Source of the DNA: Proteromonas lacertae
Taxonomy: Eukaryota
Reading direction: 5' to 3'
DNA length: 64,000 nucleotides
NCBI GenBank assembly: GCA_002245135.1
Contig: NGBS01000292.1
Span: 1-64,000 of the forward strand
The notes beneath the pieces are model-generated. The model was not told the origin of the DNA. It worked only from the letters and a program-made list of their open reading frames with translations, and ran no database searches. Below are positions 37,688-51,775 of this stretch, piece by piece (position 1 is the first letter of the stretch; each line of letters opens with the position of its first letter). Both the position numbers and the translations under genes were made by a program.

Positions 37688-38520
37688 ATGGGTGATTCTT
37701 CTTACAGCTATTCCTTAACAACATTCAGTCCTTCAGGACAATTAATGCAAATTGAATATGCATTAGCAGCAGTAGCAAAAGGCAACAACTCTGTTGGTAT
37801 TCTTGGTATAATTTCTATTGTTTATTTTTTTAAAAGCCAAAAACGGTGTTGTATTAGCAGGAGAAAAGGTTATACAATCACCATTGATTGAAAGTAGCTC
37901 AGTTACAAAAATTGAACTTATTACAGAGAATGCAGGTATATTAAACTATGTTTATATCTAATGCAGCTATGGTGTACTCAGGAGTAGGTCCAGATTTTCG
38001 TGTTTTAGTAAAAAGAGCAAGAAAAGCAGCATTAGCATATTTTAATCGTTATGGAGTATTAATTCAATTCATTATGTATATTATAGGAAAATCAACCAAT
38101 TTTAATGTTAGTTCGAGATGTAGCCAATGTAATGCAAGAATTCACTCAATCTGGAGGTGTTAGACCATTTGGTGTATCATTACTCATTGCAGGATGTGAT
38201 CATAATGGTGCACAGTTATACCAAGTCGATCCATCTGGTGCATTTTTCCCTTGGAAAGCAACAGCAATAGGTAAATATTATAAAGAAGCAAAGGCATCAT
38301 TAGATAAGAAATACAGAGATGAAATTGAGATTGAGGATGCAGTACATGATGCTTTAGTTGTAATTAAAGAAGGATTTGAAGGACAAGTATAATGATTGTA
38401 ATTCTAATTTTATAGTTAACTAAAGATAATATAGAAATAGCTATTATGACTATTGATAATCCAACTGTTAAACTACTTACACCCAATGAAATTCAAGATT
38501 ATCTTGATGAAACTGCTTAA
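37688..38520 (+). CDS. PSMA2: 20S proteasome subunit alpha type-2
   Basis: YSYSLTTFSPSGQLMQIEYAL, YSGVGPDFRVLV, QEFTQSGGVRPFGVSLL; 4 short introns. Confidence 0.97.
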
Positions 38521-38620
38521 GATTCAATTACTACAATTTATTATAATATATTATAGAATAATGTGTTAGGGAGGTTGTTAATTGTTAAAAAAAAACAATG
38601 TTAAACACACACAAAACGAT

Positions 38621-40108
38621 TTATTTTAGCTTCTTATACTTTGGCTGTAAAATCAACTTGATTTTATCAGTTGAACTCTCTTTCAATATATCATTCATTG
38701 CTATTTTGGTAATCATTGGTAAAGCTTTTGATAATTTCTTAACAAGACTTTCTGAATCAACAATTAATTCATAATTCATTTCAATAGTTCCATCCTTTGC
38801 TTTAGTTTTCATTTTCAATTTAACATCAACTCTATACGGTATTTCATGATGAAAATTTCTATATATCTTTTCTCTTATTATTTCTTTAATCATATCTTCT
38901 CCAGATAATGTTGTTACTTTATCTGATGAATATTCCCACTTATGAATTGGTGCTATCTTTTTGAATGTGTTTATTAAACTCGATATTCCTTTATCCTGCA
39001 ATGCTGATATGAAAAATGTTCCTTTTATGGTTGAATCTAATAAAGGCTATTAAATTATATATTATATATAACAAAAATTGTTAATTATTACTATACATTT
39101 ATTCTTTTATTTATTTCTACTTCATGTGGGTTTTTGTTTAATTCAACTACCTCTTTCTAGTTATTTTAATAATAATAATAATAATCATACAATACTCTCT
39201 AATTCAAGTAGTTCTTTTCTAGCATCATTTGCTACATCATACAAAGTTTCACTCTTTTCATATAATATATTTTTATCTTTAACTAAATCAATCTATTAGT
39301 TTTACATTATATTAAGAAATAGTATTTTTTTAATTCATACTTTATTTAATGCTAAGAATAATCTACTATGTTCGCAAATTGAATATTTTACTATTAGTTT
39401 TATTACCTCATAATCTGTAACTTGAAACTTTCTAGCAGCATCAACAATCTGTTGATTTTAATAAAATAATTATTAATATACCCATAATAAAACATTTGAT
39501 TCATTTACTACAGAAGATGCTTCTTTAACTAAATCACCAAAATATCGATTATCACTATTGAAAAACATTAAATTCGTATTCGATTAATATACTATTTTGA
39601 AGTCATTCCTGGAGTATCATAAAAACATAATTGAGTGTTTTTATCAGTTATTATTCCTGTAACAGACTGCCTTGTTGTATTGTATTTAGGTGATACAGCT
39701 GAAACTTTATGCTTTATCAGTGTATTAAACAATGATGATTTACCAGCATTTGGAAAGCCTAATATTCCTATTGAAAGGAATCTACGATTTGTATCACTCT
39801 CCTAAAATATAGTGAAAAACATATATCTATTTAATACTGGTATATCTGGTTTTAAAAAATCAAGATAAATAGATGGATCTATTTCTTCTATTTCTTTATC
39901 ATTTTTGATTATTTTACTTTAAAATGTTATTAATAAATAGAATACAATAAATCTTTTGTAGTAACTTGATGTAAACGCCAATTCTTACTTGATGTTGTTT
40001 TTTGAGGTATTCTATCACAACATATTGTGTATTAATATACCTTGCAAACCATCTTAAGTAATTATAAATGATATTTCTGTTGCTCTTCCTATTAATTCTA
40101 AATGACAT
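38621..40108 (-). CDS. ERAL1: Era-family GTPase with KH domain, probably mitochondrion-targeted (ERAL1-like)
   Basis: IGILGFPNAGKSSLFN, AVSPKYNTTR, FYDTPG, NK-D across an intron, EIIREKI...HEIPY; Arg-rich N-terminal presequence-like stretch. Confidence 0.9.
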
Positions 40109-40175
40109 TTTTGTTACACGTAAATTACATATATATATGTGTAACTGATATAATTACAATATCTTTTTATTAACC

Positions 40176-42809
40176 ATGTCACAAGTATTTGGTATAGATT
40201 TTGGCACTCAGAATATTGTCATATCAACAGTAAATACAAAATCGAAAGATGGAAAGTATCCAATCACTGTAATCGAAAATGGTTTTTCAAAAAGAAAGAC
40301 CATGTATGTGTAATATGTATATTTCCATTAGAGTGTCATTCTCATATGATGGAGAAAAACTTGTTTTCGGAGAGGCTTCAGAAAAACTAGTATTGTTGAT
40401 CTTGAGTCTATTACCGTAGGAAGTGAGAAATTATCAAATTACTATTTCAAGTGTAATTGATTTAATTGGTTGTAAATTCAAAGATCTTACAGAAGAAATA
40501 ATTAAATCATATTATCCTTCAACACTTGTAGAATGCAAAGACGGAAGAATAGGCTTTGATGTATATAATCATATATTTGTGTTATTGTATAGTTCAAAGG
40601 TAAGGTAATTGAACTAGATGAAATTATTATTTTACTATTCCATGAAATAAGTGAAATAATAAGAAAGAGATTTCCAGACACTCCAGAGAAAATACCGTGT
40701 GTTATATGTGTATGAATATAATAATAATTATATAAATGAATAGGTTCCATCAAATTTTAAGCCAGCGCAAATAATGAGAGTAGGAATCTTAGCACAATCA
40801 TCAAATTTCACATCTCAGGATGTAATTCCAAGTTATGTTGCTAGTTCATTGATGTATGGATTTGAGAATCAATCATTATATAAGAACGTTTACAAGAATA
40901 TATTGTTATGCGATTGTGGATATACAAATTTGACATTATGTTACGTTTGTTATAGAGAATCTAAAATGACTATCTACAATAATTATACTACAGACAAAAT
41001 AAGTGGAAAATTGATAGATATGGCGATGTTGAAATATTTTGCACCAATAGTCAAAGAAAATGTTGATATTGATATATTTGATAATGCAAAAGCTTATTTA
41101 AAAGTAAAGAAAGCTCTGATTAGTGTGAAAGAAAAATTAAGTGCAGCTGGAGCTGATGAAGTATAAATATGAAATGTCTAATATTTAATGTTTTTATCTA
41201 GATTAATATAAGTATTGATTTTGGAGATGATGATGTAAATATACCATTTTCAAGAGCTCAATTTGAAAAATTATTGAATGAAGAATTTAATGTTAAAGAA
41301 ATATTTAATGGAGCTATGAATTTGACTAAACAAGGAATTCCTACATTTGTTTTAAACAGTAGTAATCCAGTTGTAATAGGAGGAACAATGAGAATACCTT
41401 TATTAAAACGTATTTTGTTAAGTCATTTTTCCTCAAATATCTCTCTTCCTATGATATTCGAATCATCCAATGAAGATTTTACTGGACTTATTCAGACATT
41501 GAATATGGATGAATGTGCTTCTTGTGGTAGTTGTGTATATCAAATTGCAGATAAGATAAAATTATCATTTGATAAAACATATCAAATGGATGGAAATACA
41601 TCTTTGAAATTAGAAGAAGCAAGAACTATAACCAAAAGTGCAGAATCAAAGATAAAAGCTAATGAAGATGCAAAAAAAGTAGTTATTCTAAGAAATGAAA
41701 TTGAAGCTCAGTTATATGAACATCAACATGAAATAGATTTCATACGTGCTCATGTAAATGAAGCTGAAAAACAAATAGTTGATAAATTACATTGGTTAAA
41801 TCATCATAAAAAAGAAACTTATGATAAATACAGTGAATGTTTCGAAGAAGTAAATGAATTTAAGTTTTTAAATTCTGTTGATGTATATATATATATATAT
41901 ATATACTCTTCTAATATTACTATTAATAGAATAATATAATAGACCATTGTAATACTGATCTGAAAGAAAGTTTATATAAAAAACTGTATAGCATATATTT
42001 TATTTTATTTATCAAAATAGAATTGAAATTCGTCACTTGTGTGACAAAATACCAGAAAATTGTAAAGAAGATGTAATTAAGAAAATTACATCTTATGAAA
42101 AAGAATTAATTAAAGGAAATAGTACAAATAAAGAATATAATAAGCTTTTGAACAATCTTGATGGTTTATATAATGAAGTTACTAATATTGCTCCAAAATT
42201 AGCATTTAAATATATTATTGATGATAATATGTATAAAAACAATCGTTATTTTGTTAATATAGAAATGATTTACAAGCATGATTGTAAATCTCCACATTTA
42301 TCTAATGAAGAAAGAAAGAAGATTACCAAGACAACCGAAAGTATGATTAATTTAAGAAAAAAGTCATTGCCAACAAATGATTTGAAAGATTTCACCAATA
42401 ATACAAGAACAATATTAGTATAATTGATTATCTAATTATTGATAGAATCATACCAATATTAGAATAAAGACCAATGAAAAAGAAACCTATAAAATGATGG
42501 CACAAGCAAAGCTTAATGATCTTCATGAAGCTATTAAGAGAAAAGTAAAAAATACAAGTTTATTTGATAATTTCTTCAAAAGTTGGAATAGATATTTGAA
42601 TATTGGCTGGAATCAAAAAGAATATCAAAAATTTGGATCTGATTTTGATGATGCTAAGAATAATATCCCAAGAATGTCAAACGAGAATGATATTTTAAGC
42701 TATTTGTATAATATAGTTGTTATTATATTGTAATAGAAATACGCATATTCCACCACGGGATTTTACTTCTGGATCTACGTCATTTCCACCAATACCACAT
42801 ATTAAATAA
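40176..42809 (+). CDS. Divergent Hsp70/Hsp110-family protein
   Basis: VFGIDFGTQN, LLCDCGY, ISGKLID, VKEKLS, VIGGTMRIP, TLNMDE, RNEIEAQLY; multiple short introns. Confidence 0.85.
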
Positions 42810-42920
42810 ATACATTATTAGATGTATTATTATCGTATATTTTGTTTGTCTTTTTATTATATTACTATAATAAATGAAAAAGAAAAGCAACTAGACATTT
42901 TATAGCAAAATAAAAAATTA

Positions 42921-42981
42921 TGCCATAAAAGAATTCATATTTCTTAACATATATTAAAATGAAAAATAAAATTGAATTTTT
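42921..42981 (+). promoter_or_regulatory. snRNA-type upstream promoter element of U4
   Basis: TGCCATAAAAGAATTCATATTT...ATATATTAAAATGAAAAATAAAATTGAATTTT at -61, shared with U3. Confidence 0.75.
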
Positions 42982-43110
42982 ATTCTTGCGCTTGGGGCAT
43001 TATAGTAGTAAATGAGGCCCAGCCGATACACTATTATTGCTAGTTGAAAACTTAATCCAATCCCCGTGTAGTCTGTTTAACAGACTACCAATTTCTGAAA
43101 GCTTTCGCTT
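42982..43110 (+). ncRNA. U4: U4 spliceosomal snRNA
   Basis: ATTCTTGCGCTTGGGGCA (U6 stem II), K-turn AATGAGG...CCGA, TTGCTAGTTGAAAAC (stem I), hairpin GTAGTCTG/CAGACTAC, Sm site AATTTCTG, terminal AAGC/GCTT hairpin. Confidence 0.93.
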
Positions 43111-43393
43111 AAATTAATGAAAAGAAAAAATACATTTATAAAATGATATATTGTGATTGTGCTTTTGATTAGTAATGTAGTTATAATACACAAAACTACA
43201 TGTTTTTATTATTCTCTGATCAAAATGTAAAGATTGACTGAATGTAAGTAGTTTATACCATAGTATCATTCTTTTCCCCACAGAAATGCATAATTTATCT
43301 ATTTTGATATGAAATCATTTGTCATTTCCATTTGAATATAATAAGCTCGAAAGGAAGTTTGACTGAAATTTATATCTTTTTGTTTTTATTCGT

Positions 43394-46300
43394 ATGGCAA
43401 AAGAGATATCCTGTCAAGAAGCATGGGATGAAATATGTAATGCAACAGTGAAAGAAAGAAAGGTGAGAGAGACAAGTATCTTAGTTAATTACTAATCGTC
43501 ATAGATTATGATAATAGTGGTAATAGAGCTGGTGCAGTGTACGAGCTAACCAAAGAAGAATGGTGTGAAACCACCTATGAAGTGTTTGAAAAATCGTGGA
43601 ATACTGTAATTAACACTTTAGAAGTAATGCCTCCTCTTGAGAATGATCCATCTTTAGCGACTTTTTTATCTATGAATATGACAAAAATAGTATAGAATTT
43701 TAAGTCCTTTTTATTTGATAGACCTGATGAAATTCAACGAGTATGGGAAAACTTACGTGCTTTGTTATTAATAACACTAAATGAGTCATTAAGAAAAAGA
43801 TTACATAATGTATGTAGAAGAATGGAGACATTTTGTATAATGTTAATGGGTCATCATTATGCTCCAGTGAGAGAATCAGCTGTTAGATTATTAAATTCAT
43901 TGTATATTATTGCTAATATTACATACATATATAGTTATGATGGTCATGATTGGCAGTCAGAATCCCCATTTCACTGTGATATCAAATGTGTTGGAGATGA
44001 ATTCAATATAGAATCACCACATATAGCTGCGTACAACAAAACATCAAAATATTACCTATTTGTATCAGCATTACCATATAATTGGGAATTATTGAATATC
44101 AATGATGTAAAGTCATCAGATTACTGTCCAGGTCTTTCACCAATCATTACTGTTCATGCAATGAATTATATTAAAGATGAAATCGGTAATATTTCCTTAA
44201 TTCCAGCCAAAAAATTATCTCCATTTCCAAGACCAGGGTTTTATGATTATAAAATAATGGAAGTAAATGGTGATGATAAAAGAGTAACAATAGATAAAGG
44301 TAGATATGTAGTACATCGAAAGAATCTAGATAATGAAAGATGGCATGAAATTGTAATAGATTTAGAAGGAGTGCAATGGGATGAAACTCAAGGAAAAGGA
44401 GTAATAACAAAAAGAGGAACATTCTCAGAAGTTTCCGATACAATTGAACAATTCAGCGAAGAAGGGATTACATCGTTATATTTATTAGGTGTATTAGAGA
44501 GAGATAATGGAATTGAAGAGATTAATGGGAAGATTGTATATAAACGACCTGATGCTAGTCCAATATCAATTATTGATAGAACTGCTATCTGTACAATGAT
44601 AGGAGGTAAAACACAGTTTAAAGAATTGATGAATAAGTATAAATCTACTGTTTTATTTTTTTATTTTTCTTTATCTTTTTCTTTTCATTTTTTTAATGTT
44701 TTATAGTGCAATTGATAATAATATGAAAGTAAGTGTTCAATTTGATGGTAATATCAGTAGTACAAGATATCATAGGAAATATAGACATTTATTTTGTCAT
44801 ACTTTAGATATTGATGGACAATTAATTCAACATAAAGGAACTGACGCTAAAGAGAATCAATGGGAAGATCAATTATTATTAAACTATAGAAATATTGATG
44901 TTTGGGATTTATTTTTAGATGATATTCTTTCTCTTATTAGGAATTATGGTATTGATGGTGTTCATATACGTGAGGCACAAAGTTATCCAATTATATTACA
45001 TCCTTATCTTAGAGAATTGACTAGAGTTGATACTGATGAAAAACCACATTACAGTTTATTAGAGATATTACAAGGTGTTGTTGTACAACCGAATGAAGAG
45101 TGTGGGTATTGGTGCACTAAGGCTGCTTCTTCATTTGGATATGCTAATCCCTTTTATATTAGATTGACAAAATACTTGTCAACTGTAAAAGATACATTTC
45201 TATGTACTGGTGATTCATTCTGGGGAAGAAATGCTTCTTTGGTATAAATATTAATAATTATCTAAAATGCTTATATAAAATTTATTATGAATCATCATTT
45301 AAGTAGTACAAATGATAATAGAAGTAGTAGAGATGAAAATTGGTAAAAGAAAAAAGAAAGAAAAGGAGAAAAAAGAACGCTCGCTAGGGGACTCGAACCC
45401 CCGACCACTGGCTTAAAAGGCCAGCGCTCTACCGACTGAGCTAAACGAGCTCTGAAGTGGTTTTAGAAATAGCTTATATAAATGGTGATGATTTTCTTTG
45501 TCTTTATTTTACTTTTATCTATTCATTGTTATAATATTTTATTTATATATTTTATTATAGGCTATAAGTGGTATTCTACCTTGCAGCAATGGATTCGCTA
45601 GTGCTATGGCAAATGTAACAAATCACAAGCTTTTAAAAGATGGAAGTGTTGTTTATTCTGAAGAAAATCCACCAATAAATCCATTAACAACATGGTTAGA
45701 AAAAGAAGTAAAATGCGTTCCAAAATCTCTATTGACTTCCACGATTCGTTTCAATTGTAATGATACATTACCATATCCTGCTTTATTATATGGAAGAGGT
45801 GCATGGACAGCTGTTGATTTATTATACACATTACCTGGTATTCCAATGACATTTATTGGTGAAGAAAGAGGCAGAATATATCGTGTAGATTTAACCAATG
45901 TTTATAGTACAAATAGTAACTTCGTAATGGAAGAAATGAAGAGAAAAGAATTACAGCAGCAACAACAAGAATCAACTAAACAATTATTATTATCTAATGA
46001 AGCTGAACCTGTAGCTGTAGAATTACATTATAAAGCAGAAACTGAAGAAGAAGATAAGAATATAATGTCTGTAGCTGTAGCTGGTTCATTCAATGGTTGG
46101 AGTATAGAATCACATCAAATGAAGAGAAGTAAAGATGGAGAATGGAAAATTAACTTTGAATTATCACCTGATAGGTATATTTATAAGTTCGTCATCAATG
46201 GAAATAAGTTTATCTGTGATCCAAACAATGAAGAAATTGCATTTGATGGTTTTGGAGGAAATAACAGTGTATTGAAGGTAATTAACACTGAAGATCCACG

Positions 46301-49300
46301 TCCTAGAGCTAGTACGGCAACTTATATAGAATCAGCCACTGAAAGAGCTGATGAATGGTGGGGTAATGTTGATATACCTGAAATATCCTTTATTCATGCA
46401 GATTCTATAGAGGATGAACATAGTAAAGATAATTCAAATTCTACTGCTGTTGTTACTACAAGTGGTAATGGTGGTATTAATAGTGGAAGCAGTAGTGGAA
46501 TGCATAGTGTAAGAAGTTGGTCAAGTCTGCAGTCAGCAAGATTACAAGAGAATGGAAATACCGTTCCAAGAATTAGATCATTTGCTTCAATGGATAGTTT
46601 GATTGGATTAAGTGCTTTAGAAGGAAGACAAAGAGCTGAATTAGGTCCGGAATTTGGATTTGATTTATTGAAGATTAAACCACATTATCAGCACAGAGCT
46701 AGCATTAGAGCAAAATATGAAATATTTAGAAAAGGTGATACAATACCTTTAAGACCAAGAGAATGTGGATATGATGAAAAGCATAATATATTTACATTTG
46801 CAAGAGTGTTATTACCCAACCAAATAGCTGTAGTAATCAGTAATGTAACTGATCAACAAATGGATAGTTCGTTTGATGCTAAACCATTAGAGAAATGTGT
46901 TAGTTATATGCAAGGATGGCAAAGTCCAACAGAATTCTTAGAAAACTGTGAAGAAAGTGATTTATTGAATTTGAATATGTTATTTACAAGACAAAATTTG
47001 TTCAGAGGTGATGAGAAAATAGAATATATTACTCCTCGAGAGTTTATTTTAGGTCAATCTGCTGTAACATTAACTGCCCATAACAGTGCTTGTTTTCTAT
47101 ATGAAAAAATGGATATTCCTAAATCTACAAATGGTGAAATAAGTGATTTAGAAAGACATATTTATAGAAGTTCATTACATCGATTAGAAGAAGTATTAAA
47201 AGGAACATCAACAATAGCTTACATTAGACAATATCCATTAGATGTAAATGGAAAATGTTTACCATTAGAAACTGAAGTAGTTCATCAAATCCGATTTAAT
47301 CATATATTTGAATTAATTTATGTTGCTTTATCATTAACATGGAGTCATTCTGATACTAATGCATTATCAATCTCTGAAAGTCCAACATTTGATGTAAATA
47401 TCTGTACAAGAGACTGTAGTAATTTGAAGAGAATATTGAATTTATTATGTAGTAAATTATGGGGAAATGATGAAGAAGAAGATGATGAAGAAATGATAAA
47501 ATCTGTGAGAGTAATAAGACAATCCTTATTTTTAGCTTCAAAAGAATTAAAAATCCCCTCCAATGAAATATATCAATGGATAATCGAGTTATTATACAAA
47601 GAAAAAGACAAAGAGAATAGTCGAATAAAGAAATTATGTGAATTATTAATCAAAGATAATGAACTTGGTCCAATATTGTTTGTAACTCCTGAATTAGGTA
47701 GATGGAGTACAGTTGGTGGATTAGGTGTAATGGTTGATGAATTATCTCAAGGATTAGCATTATTAGGATGTAATGTGTATTGTATTAGTCCTTATTATCA
47801 TTGGAATCGTAAACAGGAAACTGATTATTTAGAGAAAGATAATATTATATTTGACAAAGTGATTGAACCAACAGTAGAAAGTGGAAAGAAAATTCCACTA
47901 GGAGTTCATATAGGTAAAGAGAATGGTGTAAATTTAGTGTTTTTACATAATCATGAAGCATTTCCTCGACCTTATCCAGGTGGTGATCCTGCTTATCAAA
48001 TGCACTGTATGGCTGTAATGGCTAAAGGATCGTTAGAATATTGTTGTCAATATCAATTATTCCCATCAGTAGTAGTAACCAATGATTGGTTTACTGGTTT
48101 AGTAGCATCTTATGCTCGAGGTAATTACTTTGGAGATCCAAGTCCATTTAAAGATACATCATTCTTACATATTGCTCATAATTTAGATCCAAGTTATGAA
48201 GGCAGAATCTATCCTCGTGCTGGTCAAGGTACTTTGGATAATATTCATGAATTACCAAGTAATGTATTGAAAGATCCTTATTGGAGTGGAACAGTGTTAA
48301 ATCCAAGCAGAGCTGCTATATTAATGAGTGATAATTGGTGTACAGTAAGTAGAAGTTATCGTGAAGATTTAAAGAATTCATCTCCTTTAGCTCCTTTATT
48401 GAATCGACATCCCAAACCATTTGCTTATCCTAATGGTATTTTAATTCCAGCTCGTCAAGCTAAATTAATGGAATTAGAAGCTACAACTCATGAAGGTGCA
48501 AAAGCTATTATTCAAAAACGATATTTTGGTTTTAGCGAATATGATAGTTCAATCGCATTATATGCATTTGTGGGTCGAATTACTGAACAAAAAGGAGTTC
48601 ATTTAATAGCAAATGCTGCTGAACAATTGATAAAAGAACATAAAAACAAAATTCAATTTTTAGTAGGTGGAATGGCAAATGAAGGAGATCCATATGCTCA
48701 TGATTGTGCTAATAAATTACGATATTTAAAACAAAAATATCCAAGTAATTTCTGGGCTGATCCTGGTTGTTTCTTCACTGATGGTCCTTTGGTGAATTTA
48801 GGTGCTGATTTTGGTTTAATGCCAAGCTTATTCGAACCTGGTGGTATTGTTCAACATGAATTCTTTGTCGCTGGAACTCCTGTAATCGCATTTAAAACTG
48901 GTGGTTTGAAAGATACAGTCCATGAATATGATGTGAAGAGTATAAGTGGAAATGGCTTTTCATTTGAAAGTCACAATCATGCTGATTATGTAGATGCAAT
49001 CCACCGAAGTTATGAAGTATTTAATAATGAAGAAGAATATAAAAACTTACGAGTATTAGCTGCAGCTGCTTGTATAGATTTAAGTGAAGTAAGTTGGGCT
49101 TGGTATAAAGAGTTTAATCGAATTCGTCGATGTATATTAGGAATGAGTCCTGTAGTATTCCGATTCCATTATAATGATGTTGAGCCAAAAATGGTTGAAT
49201 TGAGTGGTGATTTTTGTAATTGGAAAGTGATGTATAGATTAAGTAAAAGTGAGAGAAGTCAAAATTCTATGGAATTGAGAGTATATTTAAAACCTGGTTT

Positions 49301-49453
49301 TTATCAATATAAGTATAAATATATATATATTCATTTTATTATAATAATAGGTTTAAAGTAGATGGTGAATGGTTAATATCCAGTGGTTATCCAGTTTACA
49401 AAGATGCAGTAACTCTTCAAATTAATAATTGCATAACTGTAGATCCATATTAA
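43394..49453 (+). CDS. Multidomain glycogen/starch synthase: GH13-like, CBM48, GT5 and CBM48
   Basis: GH13-like GITSLYLLGV and YGIDGVH; CBM48 VAGSFNGW...YKFVING; GT5 TVGGLG, TNDW, FVGRITEQKG, LMPSLFEPGGIVQ, TGGLKDTV; C-terminal LSGDFCNW...YKFKVDGEW. Confidence 0.92.
45378..45450 (-). tRNA. tRNA-Lys(UUU), intronless, inside a host-gene intron
   Basis: GCTCGTTTAGCTCAGTCGGTAGAGCGCTGGCCTTTTAAGCCAGTGGTCGGGGGTTCGAGTCCCCTAGCGAGCG; full cloverleaf, anticodon TTT, A/B boxes, followed by a T6 terminator. Confidence 0.97.
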
Positions 49454-49731
49454 AAATGAAAAAATGAAGATGAGAATTACATAATTACTTTTATTTTATG
49501 CGATTGTTTATATATTATAAGTATATATTTTTAAGAAATAATGTCAATCATTTTACATTTGTATAATCGTTTAATAATTCAATCTTTTCTTCTTCTGATA
49601 TTCCTTATTTCAATTAATTTAAATGTTTCAAAAATTGAGTCGTTTATCTATTATTTCATCTATACATTTAATAATATTAATAATATTAACAACATCAAAC
49701 AAACACACATACATAAAGATCATTTTACATT

Positions 49732-51775
49732 TTATTTTAATAAGTTGTTAAATAGATTTTGATTTTGTTCAGTTTCTGTCATCAAATGTTCAAAACTACT
49801 TAAGATGTTTCTTAAACCATTAACACCCATCATACTCTCATTCAAACTCTTATAATAGAATCCATTGATTCGACATAATTGACATCTCAATTCATAACAA
49901 ACATCTTCTAACTCATTACATCGATTCTTTAATTCATTCATATTCATTTTCTATTTACATTATAAATAATATTAAATACATCAATTATTAATTCATGAAA
50001 TATTTTAAATGTATTTTTATTAACACTATAATAATCATTATCCACTAAGATTACTAAACGATAAGTATTATATATTTCATCAATAACTTTATAACTTTGA
50101 CTTTCTTTATTATTACTAAATAAATTCTGATATTTAGTTTTCCACATTTCAAAAGCATCATTACTCCATTCTTTAAATGATTTCTGATCAATCATTGTAG
50201 GTTGTAATATTTCACTTCCATTAAATACACCCCAAGTCACACATATTGATTCATCACTATTCAAATTACTCTTTCGTTCACCTTTACAATTATAACTGTC
50301 ATAGCTCAAATTACTGTATTTTGATACTTTCTCTTCAAATAATTTGAATAAGTCTTCACTTATAAAGAATTCAATATAACATTTTTGATATACATAACCT
50401 CCACTACTACCCCAACCGTAGATTACATCATCACTTCTTATTCCATTCAATTTAGGTTGACTACTGATTGTCCAGATTCCATTATTATTTAAATATTTCA
50501 AATCATATAATATTGATCCACTTTCTTCTCTTAAAGGTCTATCACACCAAGGCAAACTACTTATTTCACCATTTATATATTTCACAAAGATATTTTGAAT
50601 ATCATTTATTGTTTTTGGTTCACCCCACATCTCTCGAATATATTCACTATTTACCCTTTTATTACTTACATAATAACTTGATAAATCACCATAAGCAGGA
50701 CTATTCTTATCACCCCATCTACCATTTGGATATTCATCTCTCATTATTATATTATTATTATTTATTGGTAATGGAAATAAAGATTCTTTATCAACAATTG
50801 GACGAGGAGTTAATACCTTCTCTAATGTAAAACCTAATTTTTGACAGATCAAAACACACGATTTCGTTAGATTCATTGTGAATAAATGAATTGCTTTTGG
50901 ATTAACTAGATTTATAAAATCATTACAGATTTTTATTGATACTTCCATTCCATATTCTCGAATGCTATCGTCATCATTTTTTATTAGATTTATATGGTTT
51001 AATATCTGTACTGGAACTTTCACTCTAGTCCAAGTTGTTAATCTATCAAAAGTATCATAGTGATTGATTGGAAGATAACCTGGAATTATTGGAATATTGA
51101 TATTATTGTCTTTTAATCGGTTTATATACTCTTTCAATATATCACTATCATAACAAAACTGAGTGATTATGAAATCTGCTCCAGCTAATACTTTCTCTTT
51201 CAAATATAATACATCTAATGCTTTTACTTGTTCAGAAGGAGGTAAATATTTGGAATTCCATATTTCATTATGTACTTCAGGATAACCAGCTACTCCTATA
51301 CAGAACTCATCTTTATATTCATTTTTGATGAATCTTACTAAATCTACTGCATAAGAAAATCCATCTTCAATAGGAATCCATTCAGAAGATCCTGTAGGTG
51401 GATCTCCACGTAATGCCAATATGTTACATATACCATGTTCTTTAGCTGAATTAAGTTGCTCACGGATGGATGCTATGTTACAACGACAGGTTATATGCAA
51501 TAATACTGAAATGTCACATTCTTTTTGAATCTATATATACTAATTAGAACACTATATACTGATGAAGCTAATTCAATGGTTCTATTGAAATCTTTGGTTT
51601 TTGGTGTACATGTTAAAGATATAAATGAAACATGAATTGTCTTTTTGAGATGTTTTATCCTCAAACGCAGATTATCTAAACCTTCTTTAGTCTTAGGACA
51701 AAAAAACTCAAATGATGTCAGAGCTGTGTTATTTTCCGTTGCTTCTTTTATCAATTCGCTGATTTTAGTTGCCAT
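49732..51775 (-). CDS. MTHFR: Methylenetetrahydrofolate reductase (eukaryotic type with regulatory domain)
   Basis: SFEFFCPKT, HITC, LALRGDPP, VAGYPE, ITQF, DEYPNGRWG, SQP, WGSSGGYVYQK, VTWGVF...QPT; 2 introns. Confidence 0.96.

Noticed and set aside
49698..49705. TGTTTGTT (minus strand) after MTHFR, suggesting Blastocystis-style stop codons created by polyadenylation
   Set aside because: MTHFR and the other genes with recognisable ends have genomic stop codons; the exact motif was not found consistently after genes. It may still be a 3'-processing signal; poly(A) site mapping would decide.
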